Assembly: GCA_039740895.1 (NCBI GenBank)
Contig: JBCLGS010000002.1
Location: forward strand, 258-64,257
Length of the DNA stretch: 64,000 nt
From: Parcubacteria group bacterium
GTDB lineage: Bacteria > Patescibacteriota > Minisyncoccia > Phycocordibacterales > DATDWN01
Reading direction: 5' to 3'
This document shows positions 53,827 to 63,696 of this stretch, in pieces. The position numbers were made by a program, and so were the translations under genes. Within the stretch, counting starts at the first letter, position 1. Each line of letters starts with the position of its first letter. Below the pieces are notes generated by a model. The model had not been told where the DNA came from. It searched no databases and saw only the letters and a program-made list of their open reading frames with translations.

Positions 53827-54711
53827 TTATTTTAAGTCTTTTTCGGCTTCAATAAACTCGTCTAGGTCGCCATCAAGAACTTTATCTACATTCCCTGTCT
53901 CTACGCCTGTACGGTGGTCTTTGACCATTTTGTATGGATGGAGGACATATGAGCGAATCTGATTACCCCATTCTATCTGGGTTGTTTTGGAAACATACAT
54001 ACCCTTTTCTTTGGAAATTCTGTCCTCCTCAAGAGCTTTGTATATCTTGCCGTACAAAATCTGCATAGCCTTCTCCTTGTTCTGTGCCTGGCTTCTTTGA
54101 TTATCACTCTGAGCAGAAAGATTTGTAGGAATGTGAACTACTCGAACAGCAGTCTCTCGTTTGTTTACATTTTGCCCACCAGGACCACTAGACTTTGAAA
54201 ATTCAACTCGAATATCATCGTCTGGAATATCGTTTTCCATTTCTTTTGCAGTCATTTTTTCAAATTCTGGGATTACCTCAACCATTGAAAAAGATGTGTG
54301 GCGAAGTGATTTGGCATTGAAAGGTGAGATGCGAACGAGACGGTGGACACCTGACTCATGCTTTAATGTTCCGTACGCATTTTTTCCAGAAATCTCTATG
54401 GTGACATTTCTGTATCCTCCGTGGTCATTGTCGTTTTTGTGCAATATAGAAACACTGAAATTTTTCCTATCGCAAAATTTTAAATACATATTAAGAAGTA
54501 TTGCTGAAAAATCCTCTGCGTCGTCCCCCCCTGCTCCAGAAAAAATAGTCATTAAAGCATTACCTTTATCATATTTTCCCTCACCAGCAATTTCTGTTTT
54601 AAGTTCGGCAATTCTGCGCAAGGTCGCTTGTGCCCTATCTTTGTCACTCCAAAAATCCGCGCTGTTCATAGCTTCTTCTAGAGTTTCCAGTTCTATTTTT
54701 AATTCGTCCAT
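53827..54711 (-). CDS. prfB: peptide chain release factor 2 (short N-terminal domain, no programmed frameshift)
   Basis: SPF tripeptide (RISPFNAKS) and GGQ motif; start taken at MDELKIE because the tracked ORF's first 9 codons overlap tRNA-Thr. Confidence 0.88.
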   Translation of the reverse strand: MDELKIELETLEEAMNSADFWSDKDRAQATLRRIAELKTEIAGEGKYDKGNALMTIFSGAGGDDAEDFSAILLNMYLKFCDRKNFSVSILHKNDNDHGGYRNVTIEISGKNAYGTLKHESGVHRLVRISPFNAKSLRHTSFSMVEVIPEFEKMTAKEMENDIPDDDIRVEFSKSSGPGGQNVNKRETAVRVVHIPTNLSAQSDNQRSQAQNKEKAMQILYGKIYKALEEDRISKEKGMYVSKTTQIEWGNQIRSYVLHPYKMVKDHRTGVETGNVDKVLDGDLDEFIEAEKDLK

Positions 54712-54713
54712 TG

Positions 54714-54784
54714 AGCCAAGGGTGAGAATCGGACTCACGTTCCTGCTTTACGAAAGCAGTGTTCTACCACTGAACTACTTTGGC
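54714..54784 (-). tRNA. tRNA-Thr (anticodon CGU)
   Basis: Acceptor GCCAAAG/CCTTGGC (one A-C mismatch), D-arm GTTC-AGTGGTA-GAAC, anticodon stem CTGCT/AGCAG loop TTCGTAA, T-arm GTGAG-TCCGATT-CTCAC (unusual T-loop). Confidence 0.55.
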
Positions 54785-54852
54785 ACTGGCTAAAAACAAT
54801 TTTTATTAAAAAATTGTTCGCCTGAACATTTTGTACTCAAAATGTTTTAGGG

Positions 54853-54924
54853 AGCCATTGATGGGGATCGAACCCATGGTCTCGTCATTACCAATGACGT
54901 GCTTTACCGCTAAGCTACAATGGC
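54853..54924 (-). tRNA. tRNA-Thr (anticodon GGU)
   Basis: Acceptor GCCATTG/CAATGGC, D-arm GCTT-AGCGGTAA-AAGC, anticodon stem CGTCA/TGACG loop TTGGTAA, T-arm ATGGG-TTCGATC-CCCAT. Confidence 0.75.
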
Positions 54925-55104
54925 TACTGCCTTTTATATATTATTATAAAAATCGATTATATCATATTCATTGCAAAATTTGGAGTTTATTCGAAAAATA
55001 CCTCGCTGCTGATTGAACACAATCACCTACTGGGTCATCAGCGAGGATTGGTAAAACAGTATCGGCGGTGGCCGATACTTCTACGAACATAAGAGCCCTG
55101 GTTC

Positions 55105-55150
55105 CTGTCGTCCATCCTCGCTAGCCTCGCTGACGAGGATGGACGACAGG
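55105..55150. terminator. 17-bp-stem GC-rich hairpin (CCTGTCGTCCATCCTCG..CGAGGATGGACGACAGG) followed by a T-rich tract; candidate bidirectional terminator or structured RNA
   Basis: Lies 8 bp 3-prime of the minus-strand gene 55158..55556; additional hairpins at 55000-55100. Confidence 0.4.
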
Positions 55151-55157
55151 ACTGCTT

Positions 55158-55556
55158 TTATTTCAATCCCTTACAGTTTCTGCCTGCAACAAATCCTGCT
55201 TTTTTTGCTTCTTCAATCGATGCAAATTTAATCTGATTTTCTGGCTTTATCATCTTCACTGTTCCACACCACGGAAAATAATACTTTTTACCATTTTTGG
55301 ACCCAATCACTTCCCCGCTCGTATTATTTGACTTCTGCAGATGGTCCCCATCTGCAGAAGTCAAAGGAGTGCTATTCACCACGGTGGCAGATTGGTCGCT
55401 GTTGGGGTAAATAATTTTAATAGGAGATTTGTGCTCTTCCAAAGCTGAAAGTCGGCCCAAAGCGAAGAAAAGACTGGCTATTACAAGAATTAGTACCAGT
55501 GTGTAGAATTGTTTGATTTGGAGCTTTACTTTTTCTACAATATCCTTTATACTCAT
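55158..55556 (-). CDS. membrane-anchored hypothetical protein with an Ada-like metal-binding C-terminus; carries an in-frame 23-bp palindrome
   Basis: N-terminal TM helix; C-terminal KKYYFPWCGTVKMIKPENQIKFASIEEAKKAGFVAGRNCKG resembles the Ada N-terminal zinc-binding domain pattern (weak); the palindrome at 55335-55357 encodes SADGDHLQ. Confidence 0.3.
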   Translation of the reverse strand: MSIKDIVEKVKLQIKQFYTLVLILVIASLFFALGRLSALEEHKSPIKIIYPNSDQSATVVNSTPLTSADGDHLQKSNNTSGEVIGSKNGKKYYFPWCGTVKMIKPENQIKFASIEEAKKAGFVAGRNCKGLK

Positions 55557-55613
55557 GACATTGTAATTTTAACAATTATTCGGAATAAATACGAGGCACA
55601 CAGATACGGATGC

Positions 55614-55705
55614 GATTCAAGGCGGATAAGAAAAAGAATTGGAGACATACTTAGTGGTATGTTGACAATTATTTTTTGAAATCCAACGCAGAAGCACGCC
55701 GGATA
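55614..55705 (+). repeat. family B structured repeat, copy 5 (upstream of rpmA)
   Basis: attcaaggcggataag-AAAAAGAATT-ggaGACATACttagtGGTATGTtgac-AATTATTTTT-tgaaatccaacgcagaagcacgcc. Confidence 0.7.
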
Positions 55706-55727
55706 TGTGAGCCGTAACACAAAAAAA

Positions 55728-56000
55728 ATGGCACATAAAAAAAGCGCAGGAACAACAAAAAATGGTAGAGATTCAAACCCAAAATACCTTGGAATTAAAA
55801 TCACTGAAGGAGATGTAGCGCAAGCTGGATCAGTTATTATCCGACAACGAGGTACAGATGTACTTCCTGGCAAAGGCGTAGGTATGGGAAAAGATCATAC
55901 TATCTTTTCACTCATTGACGGAAAAGTTATGTTTGGAATAAAGCGACAGAAACATTTTGACAATACTATGGTTATCAAGAAGATCGTCTCGGTCGTCTAA
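55728..56000 (+). CDS. rpmA: 50S ribosomal protein L27
   Basis: [24 protein letters not shown] canonical bL27 N-terminus; start at the internal Met of the tracked ORF. Confidence 0.9.
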   Translation: MAHKKSAGTTKNGRDSNPKYLGIKITEGDVAQAGSVIIRQRGTDVLPGKGVGMGKDHTIFSLIDGKVMFGIKRQKHFDNTMVIKKIVSVV

Positions 56001-56029
56001 CTAAAAAATCCCCTCGGGGATTTTTTAGT

Positions 56030-56473
56030 TTATTGAGCTTCGATATTTAGTGTAAATTCTACTTTCTTTTTCATGGCCTCAACAGTAATCTTGTGTTCCC
56101 CAACAGTTTTTATTGGCTTTTCCAATTTAATAAAATCTGCATCTAAATTTAGTCTTGTGGCTTTAAGTATTTCTGAAGCCAAGATTTCTTTTGTTACTCC
56201 AGCAAACAAGTGACCCTTTTCGTTTGCCTTTTCTTTCAAAGTCAGTGTTAGGTTTTTAATTGTATCTAAATTCTTGAAAAGTAATGCTTCTTGTATTTTC
56301 TCCTCAGCACTTATCTTGTCTTTTTGCTGGCCTACCTTAACAATAGCTTGTGGAGTAGCTACCATAGCCAAACCTTTAGGAATAAGGAAATTCAAGGCGT
56401 GACCCTCGGCCACCTCTTTCACATCAAACTTCTTACCAACTTTTTGTATGTCTTTAAGTAATATTATTTTCAT
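56030..56473 (-). CDS. rplI: 50S ribosomal protein L9
   Basis: MKIILLKDIQKVGKKFDVKEVAEGHALNFLIPKGLA canonical bL9 N-domain. Confidence 0.85.
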   Translation of the reverse strand: MKIILLKDIQKVGKKFDVKEVAEGHALNFLIPKGLAMVATPQAIVKVGQQKDKISAEEKIQEALLFKNLDTIKNLTLTLKEKANEKGHLFAGVTKEILASEILKATRLNLDADFIKLEKPIKTVGEHKITVEAMKKKVEFTLNIEAQ

Positions 56474-56510
56474 CCAGTTATCTTAGCATAACTACTTAAA
56501 GTTGAGTAGT

Positions 56511-57791
56511 TTATTTTGAAAGTATCTCCAGAGCCTTATTCATTTGGGTATCATTGCCTTTCAAAAATTCTTTTGGGTCAAACTTCACCACAACATCAGG
56601 AGTAAGACCTCCGTTAGAAATGGATGTGCCATTTGGAGTAAGCCATCTTGCTATTGTTACTTTGATTGAAGTGTCTGATGTCACTGGAATAAGTTCTTGC
56701 ACCGAACCCTTACCAAATGACTGTGAGCCGACAAGAGTCGCTACACCATTTTCATGAAGGGCACCGGCTAGAATTTCAGAAGCACTAGCAGAACCGCCGT
56801 CAATAAGAACTACCATTTTCAAATTACTGTTGAATATATTGTAACCTTTACTTCTATAAACCTTCGCGTCCTCTGCGTTTCTGAAATCTTCTTTTACAAC
56901 TGTCTTGCCAGCTGGTAAGAACCAACTAGCCATGTCTATTGCAGCCTCCAAGTATCCTCCAGGATTTCCACGAACATCGAGAATTAGTTTAGTTTTTCCT
57001 GACTCTACAAACTTTCTAAGTGACTCTCTAAAAAGATTAGCTGATATGGCAGAGAAATTATAAAGTCGAATTATAAAAACATCATTTTTAATATCAGCCA
57101 GCTTTGGCGGAGTACTGCTACTTACAGCTATACTGCTTTTTACTTCAGTATCAATAGTAGGTATATCTATGACATCACGCACTATACTTATATCAAATAG
57201 GTCTGGCACTCCCTCCCGAATAATGGAAAGTTTTACTTCTGTTCCTTTTTTACCACGAATAAGTTTTATGGCTTCCTCAGAACTCAACTTGAGCGTCAAA
57301 GTATCGTTGATTTTAATTATTTTATCACCAGATTTTATACCGGCTCTGTATGCTGGAGTGCCTTTGAGTGGAGCCACGACGGTCAAGATATTATCGCGAA
57401 TTCCAACTTCCATTCCAACACCTTCAAAATTTCCGTTTATCGTCTCAGCAAAATTTTTTGATTCAACAGGAGGAAGGAATGTGGTATATGGGTCACCAAG
57501 AGAACTTGTCATTCCAGAAATAGCTCCCCAAACTCTAGTCTGGTCAGAAACCCGATCAGTAGTGGTGCTGTTGGTCGATACATACTTATCGTTAATTATC
57601 TGCCAAGCTCTCCAGAAAGGTGCGAAATCTGTTTTGGACCCTGTAGTGTCTGCTTTATTCAAGATGGAAGCTAGTTTACTTTCATCCGACTGAGTATATC
57701 TACCAAAATAAAAACCTGTGTAGAATAAACCGCCGATCGCAATAACAACTATTAATACCAGATGATATCTTTTAGAAAAAAATTCTTTCAT
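56511..57791 (-). CDS. ctpA: carboxy-terminal processing protease (S41 family, PDZ domain)
   Basis: PDZ segment, S41 catalytic block LDVRGNPGGYLEAAIDMASWFL and TASASE; N-terminal TM anchor; start taken at MKEFF. Confidence 0.85.
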   Translation of the reverse strand: MKEFFSKRYHLVLIVVIAIGGLFYTGFYFGRYTQSDESKLASILNKADTTGSKTDFAPFWRAWQIINDKYVSTNSTTTDRVSDQTRVWGAISGMTSSLGDPYTTFLPPVESKNFAETINGNFEGVGMEVGIRDNILTVVAPLKGTPAYRAGIKSGDKIIKINDTLTLKLSSEEAIKLIRGKKGTEVKLSIIREGVPDLFDISIVRDVIDIPTIDTEVKSSIAVSSSTPPKLADIKNDVFIIRLYNFSAISANLFRESLRKFVESGKTKLILDVRGNPGGYLEAAIDMASWFLPAGKTVVKEDFRNAEDAKVYRSKGYNIFNSNLKMVVLIDGGSASASEILAGALHENGVATLVGSQSFGKGSVQELIPVTSDTSIKVTIARWLTPNGTSISNGGLTPDVVVKFDPKEFLKGNDTQMNKALEILSK

Positions 57792-57887
57792 TCGTGTTAT
57801 TATCTCAAAAAAAATCAGTAAGGTCAATCAAAGAATTACCCGACTATTTAATTTTATTTATATGGAATAAAGATATATAATGTATGT

Positions 57888-58802
57888 ATGATTAATACAT
57901 ACAAATATAATAATGAAACTTGGGTTGATATTGACCATGGAACACCTGAGGAAATCCATGAAATAATGAACACTTACAATGTTCACCCCTTGGTAGCCAA
58001 AGAATTAACTTCAAGAACTCCGAAGCAAAGGCTGGAATTTCACGAAGGTTACATTTACTGCATTCTTCATTTTCCCGCTTTCAAACACACTCATTCAGAC
58101 GAAAAAAACCAAGAGGTTGATTTTGTTATAGGAAAAAATGTATTGATCACAGCGAGATACGACACTATTGATGCTCTCCATAAGTTTGGTAAGGTGCTTG
58201 AGGTGAAAGAAATCTTGGAAAAGAAAAATGGTTACCTTCCAAGCCACTCCATTTTTGTCGGAATGCTTCATGAGTTATACGGCTCACTTTTTGAAGAATT
58301 GGAATATATAGAAAATCTTACAGAAAATATAACAAGTAAAATTTTCAAAGGGGAAGAGAAAAAAATGGTTATTTCACTTTCTGAAGTGACACGAACACTT
58401 CTTGATTTCAAAAAAGTGACGGACGGTCACCACGAAATTCTTGAGATGTTAAAACACCGAGGAAAAGAGATGTTCGGCGAATCATTTTGGAGCGAAATGG
58501 AATTGGTCACTTTGGAATACTTAAAAATAAATACTGCAATAAGGTCAAACTTGGATACTTTACATGAATTGAGAGATACAAATAATTCCCTTCTGACGAA
58601 TAAACAAAACGAAACCGTAATACAATTGACCGTGATTAATTTCATTATATTACCCCTAAATGTCATCGCCTTCATCTTTTCAATGAGAACAGAAGGTATG
58701 CCTATAATAAGTAACCCTAATGCATTTTGGATTATTATTGGTATAATGCTGACTTCTGCAGCTATTACCCTAGCTTATGTGATTCATAAGAAATGGGCAT
58801 AG
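57888..58802 (+). CDS. CorA-family divalent cation transporter-like protein with degenerate GMN motif
   Basis: Cytoplasmic domain plus two C-terminal TM helices; the signature position reads FSMRTEGMP instead of YGMNF. Confidence 0.5.
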   Translation: MINTYKYNNETWVDIDHGTPEEIHEIMNTYNVHPLVAKELTSRTPKQRLEFHEGYIYCILHFPAFKHTHSDEKNQEVDFVIGKNVLITARYDTIDALHKFGKVLEVKEILEKKNGYLPSHSIFVGMLHELYGSLFEELEYIENLTENITSKIFKGEEKKMVISLSEVTRTLLDFKKVTDGHHEILEMLKHRGKEMFGESFWSEMELVTLEYLKINTAIRSNLDTLHELRDTNNSLLTNKQNETVIQLTVINFIILPLNVIAFIFSMRTEGMPIISNPNAFWIIIGIMLTSAAITLAYVIHKKWA

Positions 58803-58809
58803 AAAGATT

Positions 58810-60219
58810 ATGGACATTTATTTACACAACACACTGACGGGAAAAAAGGAAATTTTCAAGCCAATCAGCAAAGATGAGGTGGGTATTTATTCTTGCGGGC
58901 CAACAGTTTACTGGAACCAACACATCGGCCATATGTACGCCTATGTGCAGTGGGACACTCTTGTCCGTTCTCTAAACTATCTTGGCTATAAAACAAAATG
59001 GGTTATGAACCTGACTGATGTCGGACATCTGACTGGAGACAATCTTGGCGATGCTGACACAGGTGAAGACAAAATGGAAAAAGGTGCAGAACGCGAAGGT
59101 ATTACCGTCTGGGAAATTGCTGACAAATATATTGAGCAGTTTAAAGAAAGTTTAAGATTTCTGAACATCATAGAACCAGATATTTTGTGTCGTGCCACAG
59201 AGCATATTCCAGAGCAAATTAATTTAATAAAAAAAATTGAAGAAAATGGTTTTACATACATGACAAAAACTGGACTGGTTTTTGATACTGAAAAATTTCC
59301 AGACTACGCAAAATTCGGACATCTCAATTTAGAAAACCAAGAAGCCGGAAGTCGCGTGACTGTAGACCCAGAAAAGAAAAAACCATGGGACTTTCTGCTC
59401 TGGATTACAAACCAACCAAATCATATTATGAAATGGGAAACTCCATGGGGCATGGGTTTCCCTGGCTGGCATATAGAATGTACTGCAATGTCTATAAAAT
59501 ATCTTGGAGAAACTTTCGATATTCACACTGGAGGAAATGAGCACATCCCAGTACACCATACAAATGAAATTGCCCAGGCGTTTGGGGCTTTTGGCCACCA
59601 GACTGCTAACTACTGGCTACACAATGAATGGCTGCTTTTAGATGGTCAAAAAATCAGTAAGTCTCTCGGAAATTCAATCCTAGTATCTGACCTGCAAGCA
59701 AAAGGCTTTGATCCTTTAATTCTCCGATACCTGATACTTACAACACATTATAAAACCGGTTTGAATTTCACCTGGGAAAGTCTCGAGGCAATACAGACTG
59801 CATACAACAAACTGAAAGAAACGATTCAAAATATAAAAAAAGAGAGCACTGACTCCCATTCACTCGACCAAAAAATATTTGACGAAAATAAAAAAGCATT
59901 TTCAGAATGTGTTGCAGATGATTTAAATATTGCAAAAGGTATAGGCTTGTTGTGGCAGATAGTAAAATCAAAAGAAATAAATTCTAAAACAAAACTCGCC
60001 CTTATTTTTGACTTTGACCAAGTGCTTGGTTTGAAACTGGATGAAGCCATGACCTCAAATTTTGAAATTTCTGAAAATATTCAAAAATTAATTGACCAGA
60101 GAGAGAAAGCTCGAACTGAAAAAGATTTTGTAAAAAGTGATGAACTTCGTCTAGAAATAGAATCTCTTGGGTTTGAAATCAAAGACACTTCTGAGGGAAC
60201 AAAAATTACTAAAAAATAA
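58810..60219 (+). CDS. cysS: cysteinyl-tRNA synthetase
   Basis: HIGH-type motif ([10 protein letters not shown]), KMSKS as KISKSLGN, zinc-binding Cys/His residues. Confidence 0.93.
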   Translation: MDIYLHNTLTGKKEIFKPISKDEVGIYSCGPTVYWNQHIGHMYAYVQWDTLVRSLNYLGYKTKWVMNLTDVGHLTGDNLGDADTGEDKMEKGAEREGITVWEIADKYIEQFKESLRFLNIIEPDILCRATEHIPEQINLIKKIEENGFTYMTKTGLVFDTEKFPDYAKFGHLNLENQEAGSRVTVDPEKKKPWDFLLWITNQPNHIMKWETPWGMGFPGWHIECTAMSIKYLGETFDIHTGGNEHIPVHHTNEIAQAFGAFGHQTANYWLHNEWLLLDGQKISKSLGNSILVSDLQAKGFDPLILRYLILTTHYKTGLNFTWESLEAIQTAYNKLKETIQNIKKESTDSHSLDQKIFDENKKAFSECVADDLNIAKGIGLLWQIVKSKEINSKTKLALIFDFDQVLGLKLDEAMTSNFEISENIQKLIDQREKARTEKDFVKSDELRLEIESLGFEIKDTSEGTKITKK

Positions 60220-60346
60220 CTCTCTAAAAAAGTATTATTCAGAGAGTTATAATTTTAAATCAATAGTAACAATCCCCATCTTACCCACAGTTTCTACACT
60301 TTCTGTCTAGTAGCAAATAAAAAGCCTCGCATGATACAATCTCTTA

Positions 60347-61741
60347 ATGACTCAACAAATCAACCCACAGACAAATGTAACCCGATTTAGAATCCCCCCA
60401 CACAACCTCGATGCGGAGATGGCACTTCTCGGATCTGTCATGCTACGGCCAGATTGTCTTCACGACATTACTGATGTTGTTTCAATGGATTCATTTTACT
60501 CGGACAAGCACCGAATAGTTTTCGAAACCATGATGGAACTATTCTCAAAACATTCCCCTATTGATTTACTTTCTGTTTCCGCAAAATTAAAGGAAAAAGG
60601 TTGGCTTGACCAAATCGGCGGAAACACATACCTGACGGAAATCGTAAATGTCGTACCATCATCGGCAAATGTTGTTTATTATGCAGAAATAGTTCAAAAA
60701 AAATACATGATGAGGCGACTGATTGAGGCTTCAGACCACATCTCACACATTGGTTATGACGAAAATGCAGAACTAGAAGAAATGTTAGACGGTGCAGAAA
60801 AAAAACTTTTTGAAGTAACAAACTTTAATACCTCTCACAAATTCGTTCCACTAAAAGATGAGTTGGCAGAAGCTTGGGAAAGATTAGATAAACTTCACTC
60901 TGGTGGCCAAGGTCTTCGCGGAATTCCCACTGGCTTTTATGATTTAGATTTAAAACTTTCTGGTTTTCAAAAATCAGACTTGATTATTCTTGCAGCTAGA
61001 CCATCAATGGGAAAAACTGCACTGGCACTAGACATAGCTAGGCAAACAGCCGTAAACCACAATATACCAGTCGGTATTTTCTCACTGGAAATGAGTAGTC
61101 AGCAATTGGTAGATAGAATGCTTGCTGCTCAAGCCAATGTGGATGCTTGGAAAATGCGTACTGGAAAACTTTCCCGGCAGGATGATTTTGACGCTATCAA
61201 AGAAGCTTTAGATAAACTAAATAAAGCACCCATTTTCATTGATGACCAGCCTGGAAACAGTATTTTGAAAATGCGTTCTGTTGCCCGCAGAATGAAAAGT
61301 GAGCATGGTTTAGGACTTCTCATTGTGGACTACTTGCAACTGATGGTTCCATCAAACACAAAAGGAAATGACAACCTAGTCCAACAAGTTACTGAAATAT
61401 CTAGATCTCTAAAAAATCTAGCTCGTGAGTTTGATGTGCCTGTACTAGCCCTCTCTCAGCTCAATAGACAAGTTGAACAAAGAGGTGGCCGACCAAGACT
61501 CTCTGACCTACGAGACTCAGGTTCTATCGAGCAGGACGCCGATGTGGTTATGTTTATTCATCGCGAGGATAAATACAAAGATGAAGCAGAGAAAACAAAC
61601 ATTGCTGATATATTGATTGAGAAACACCGAAACGGCGAAACTGGAAAAGTTGAATTGTTTTTCAACGAGAAAAAAGCCACTTTCCAGAATATGGATAAGT
61701 CGCGTTATGGTGGTGTTGAAAAAGAATTTTCGGATTTTTAA
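60347..61741 (+). CDS. dnaB: replicative DNA helicase DnaB
   Basis: N-terminal DnaB domain ([15 protein letters not shown]), RecA-like core with Walker [13 protein letters not shown]. Confidence 0.95.
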   Translation: MTQQINPQTNVTRFRIPPHNLDAEMALLGSVMLRPDCLHDITDVVSMDSFYSDKHRIVFETMMELFSKHSPIDLLSVSAKLKEKGWLDQIGGNTYLTEIVNVVPSSANVVYYAEIVQKKYMMRRLIEASDHISHIGYDENAELEEMLDGAEKKLFEVTNFNTSHKFVPLKDELAEAWERLDKLHSGGQGLRGIPTGFYDLDLKLSGFQKSDLIILAARPSMGKTALALDIARQTAVNHNIPVGIFSLEMSSQQLVDRMLAAQANVDAWKMRTGKLSRQDDFDAIKEALDKLNKAPIFIDDQPGNSILKMRSVARRMKSEHGLGLLIVDYLQLMVPSNTKGNDNLVQQVTEISRSLKNLAREFDVPVLALSQLNRQVEQRGGRPRLSDLRDSGSIEQDADVVMFIHREDKYKDEAEKTNIADILIEKHRNGETGKVELFFNEKKATFQNMDKSRYGGVEKEFSDF

Positions 61742-61749
61742 TATACGAA

Positions 61750-61779
61750 AATAAAAATTTACGAATATTACGAATGACT
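61750..61779. repeat. left flank of the GxxExxY gene: TACGAAT-type short repeats (atatacgaaaat..ttacgaatattacgaatg)
   Basis: Inverted relative to 62133-62179 (cattcgtatacattcgtaa ... attcgcatattcgtatc) on the right flank. Confidence 0.6.
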
Positions 61780-62154
61780 ACAAATAAAACAGTAAACAAA
61801 AAAGTTTTATATCCAGAATTATCCTACATTATTACTGGTATTATATTTAGTGTCCATAATGAATTAGGACAATATGCTAAGGAAAAACAATATGGTGACT
61901 TAATTGAAAAAAAATTAAAGGAATTAAATATCCAATATCAAAGAGAGATAAATATTGGTGATAGCGGAAACATCTTAGATTTTATAATAGATAATAAAAT
62001 AGTTATTGAATTAAAAGCAACAAGAATAATTACCCAAGAACATTTCCGTCAAATACAAAATTATTTACAACAAACACATTTGGATCTTGGCATATTGGTA
62101 GATTTTAGGTATAAATATATAAAACCAATCAGAATTATTCGTATACATTCGTAA
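61774..62154 (+). CDS. GxxExxY-family protein (PD-(D/E)xK nuclease superfamily, PDDEXK_3)
   Basis: 126 aa; [15 protein letters not shown] ... [43 protein letters not shown] matches the GxxExxY family layout. Confidence 0.65.
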   Translation: MTTNKTVNKKVLYPELSYIITGIIFSVHNELGQYAKEKQYGDLIEKKLKELNIQYQREINIGDSGNILDFIIDNKIVIELKATRIITQEHFRQIQNYLQQTHLDLGILVDFRYKYIKPIRIIRIHS

Positions 62155-62179
62155 TTACCTTTATTCGCATATTCGTATC
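62133..62179. repeat. right flank of the GxxExxY gene: ATTCGTA-type repeats, inverted relative to the left flank
   Basis: See 61750-61779; together they bracket a 430-bp single-gene cassette between dnaB and recR. Confidence 0.6.
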
Positions 62180-62181
62180 TC

Positions 62182-62817
62182 ATGGACAACACACAAAAAC
62201 TTATAGAACTATTCAAAGAATTCCCCGGCATCGGACCAAGACAAGCAAAAAGGTTTGTTTATTTTTTACTAATGCGAAATAATGGCTACTCCGGCGAGCT
62301 AGCTCGGTTGATTTCAGAAATCAAATCAAATGTGACTGTCTGCAAATCATGTTTCCGATTTTATACGAAAAGCAGTTCAAAAAGTGATGTATGTCCTGTA
62401 TGCCTAGATGAAAATCGCGACAAATCGCTTCTTATGATTGTTTCCCACGATGTTGATTTTGAAAATATAGAGAAAACAAAATTTTTTAATGGCTATTATT
62501 TCGTACTCGGTGGAACTGTCCCAATATTGGAAAAAAATCCAGAGAAACGAATTCGTCAAACAGAATTATTGGGTATTGTTAAGAAAAAAATTTCTGAAGG
62601 TTTGAAAGAAATTATAATCGCCTTGAGTTACAACCCTGAAGGTGAAAATTCGTTGACTTACCTAAAACAAATTTTGTCGCCACTAACTAATCACGGAGGG
62701 GAACCCTCCGTAGTAAAAATAAAAATATCCACACTCGGCCGAGGTCTGTCCACAGGCACAGAGTTGGAATACTCCGACAGTGACACAATAAAAAACGCTT
62801 TGAAAAATAGACAGTAA
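62182..62817 (+). CDS. recR: recombination protein RecR (with palindromic in-frame element)
   Basis: HhH motif FPGIGPRQAKR, C4 zinc finger CKSCFRF..CPVC, Toprim domain; carries CGGAGGGGAACCCTCCG at 62695-62714 encoding NHGGEPSVV. Confidence 0.93.
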   Translation: MDNTQKLIELFKEFPGIGPRQAKRFVYFLLMRNNGYSGELARLISEIKSNVTVCKSCFRFYTKSSSKSDVCPVCLDENRDKSLLMIVSHDVDFENIEKTKFFNGYYFVLGGTVPILEKNPEKRIRQTELLGIVKKKISEGLKEIIIALSYNPEGENSLTYLKQILSPLTNHGGEPSVVKIKISTLGRGLSTGTELEYSDSDTIKNALKNRQ

Positions 62818-62995
62818 AAATTGATTTAAAATCTCATTGAAACATTTTCTTTTTGGAGCATCCGCAGGCCGTGAGCATGGTCTTGTCAACGACTCGAGTG
62901 CAACAAGAGCTCATTGACAAGTCACGGCCGAGGACCGAGAGAACTTTTCGCCGGAAAAGTGAACATCTCCAAAAAGGAAATACTGAGAAGAGATT

Positions 62996-63643
62996 TTATA
63001 CAACCTTATATTCAACAATCTTCCCTGCTTGAATTTCAATCTTATCTGCCTTACGCAGATTTTTTATTTGTTCACGAGAAAGTATAGGGTAATGTTTTAT
63101 TCCGTCCAAATATTCTGGGATTTCAAATAAATCTTTTTCAGAAGTTCTCCAATCAAATCGGTTAAAATAATTTAAATCCAAAAGTTTTGAATATTCCCTT
63201 AATGTTTTCTGTCCATTACTATTCAAGAAATACTCATGAAAATATGACAAAACCAACTCTTGAACGGTCTTATAAACTGGCTCGCGATACCTTAAAACTG
63301 CATGGTTGGTCTTTGAAATGGCTCCAAAATAGCCAAATTGCTTAAATACGGCCACTATATGGTCAAAGTCGTATGGCTTCTCGGTAGAGCGCAAATCCAA
63401 GATTAAGGGCTTATGTCCATGGAACTCCAAAACCGCGGACGCAAATACAGCTCCCTCCACACAATGAGCAGTCTTTGTTGTCAAAACTTTTCTTGGGGAA
63501 AAACATGTCCCTCCTTTCTCTTCAAAATTAAAAGGCAGGGTATTCAAATAATCTTGAATCTTTGCTGGTGTATTAAGTTTCTTAAAAATCCCTATTTCTT
63601 GCTTTGTATATCCAAAATTCTTCATAAAAAAATCATACCACAA
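62996..63643 (-). CDS. hypothetical protein, possibly transglutaminase-like cysteine protease fold
   Basis: 215 aa; Cys in TAHCVEGAVFASAVLEFHG and His/Asp in DFDHIVAVF spaced as in transglutaminase-like catalytic triads; weak. Confidence 0.25.
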   Translation of the reverse strand: MWYDFFMKNFGYTKQEIGIFKKLNTPAKIQDYLNTLPFNFEEKGGTCFSPRKVLTTKTAHCVEGAVFASAVLEFHGHKPLILDLRSTEKPYDFDHIVAVFKQFGYFGAISKTNHAVLRYREPVYKTVQELVLSYFHEYFLNSNGQKTLREYSKLLDLNYFNRFDWRTSEKDLFEIPEYLDGIKHYPILSREQIKNLRKADKIEIQAGKIVEYKVV

Positions 63644-63696
63644 TTAACTATTTTTCTATAAAGGCATCGATCATGGAGAGGGAACCCTCCGTGGAA

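Noticed and set aside
53827-54738. Programmed +1 frameshift in prfB, or UGA recoding
   Set aside because: RF2 reads in a single frame from MDELK with SPF/GGQ intact, and the region upstream is occupied by a tRNA. Long ORFs across the window are intact under the standard code, so no alternative code or frameshift is invoked.
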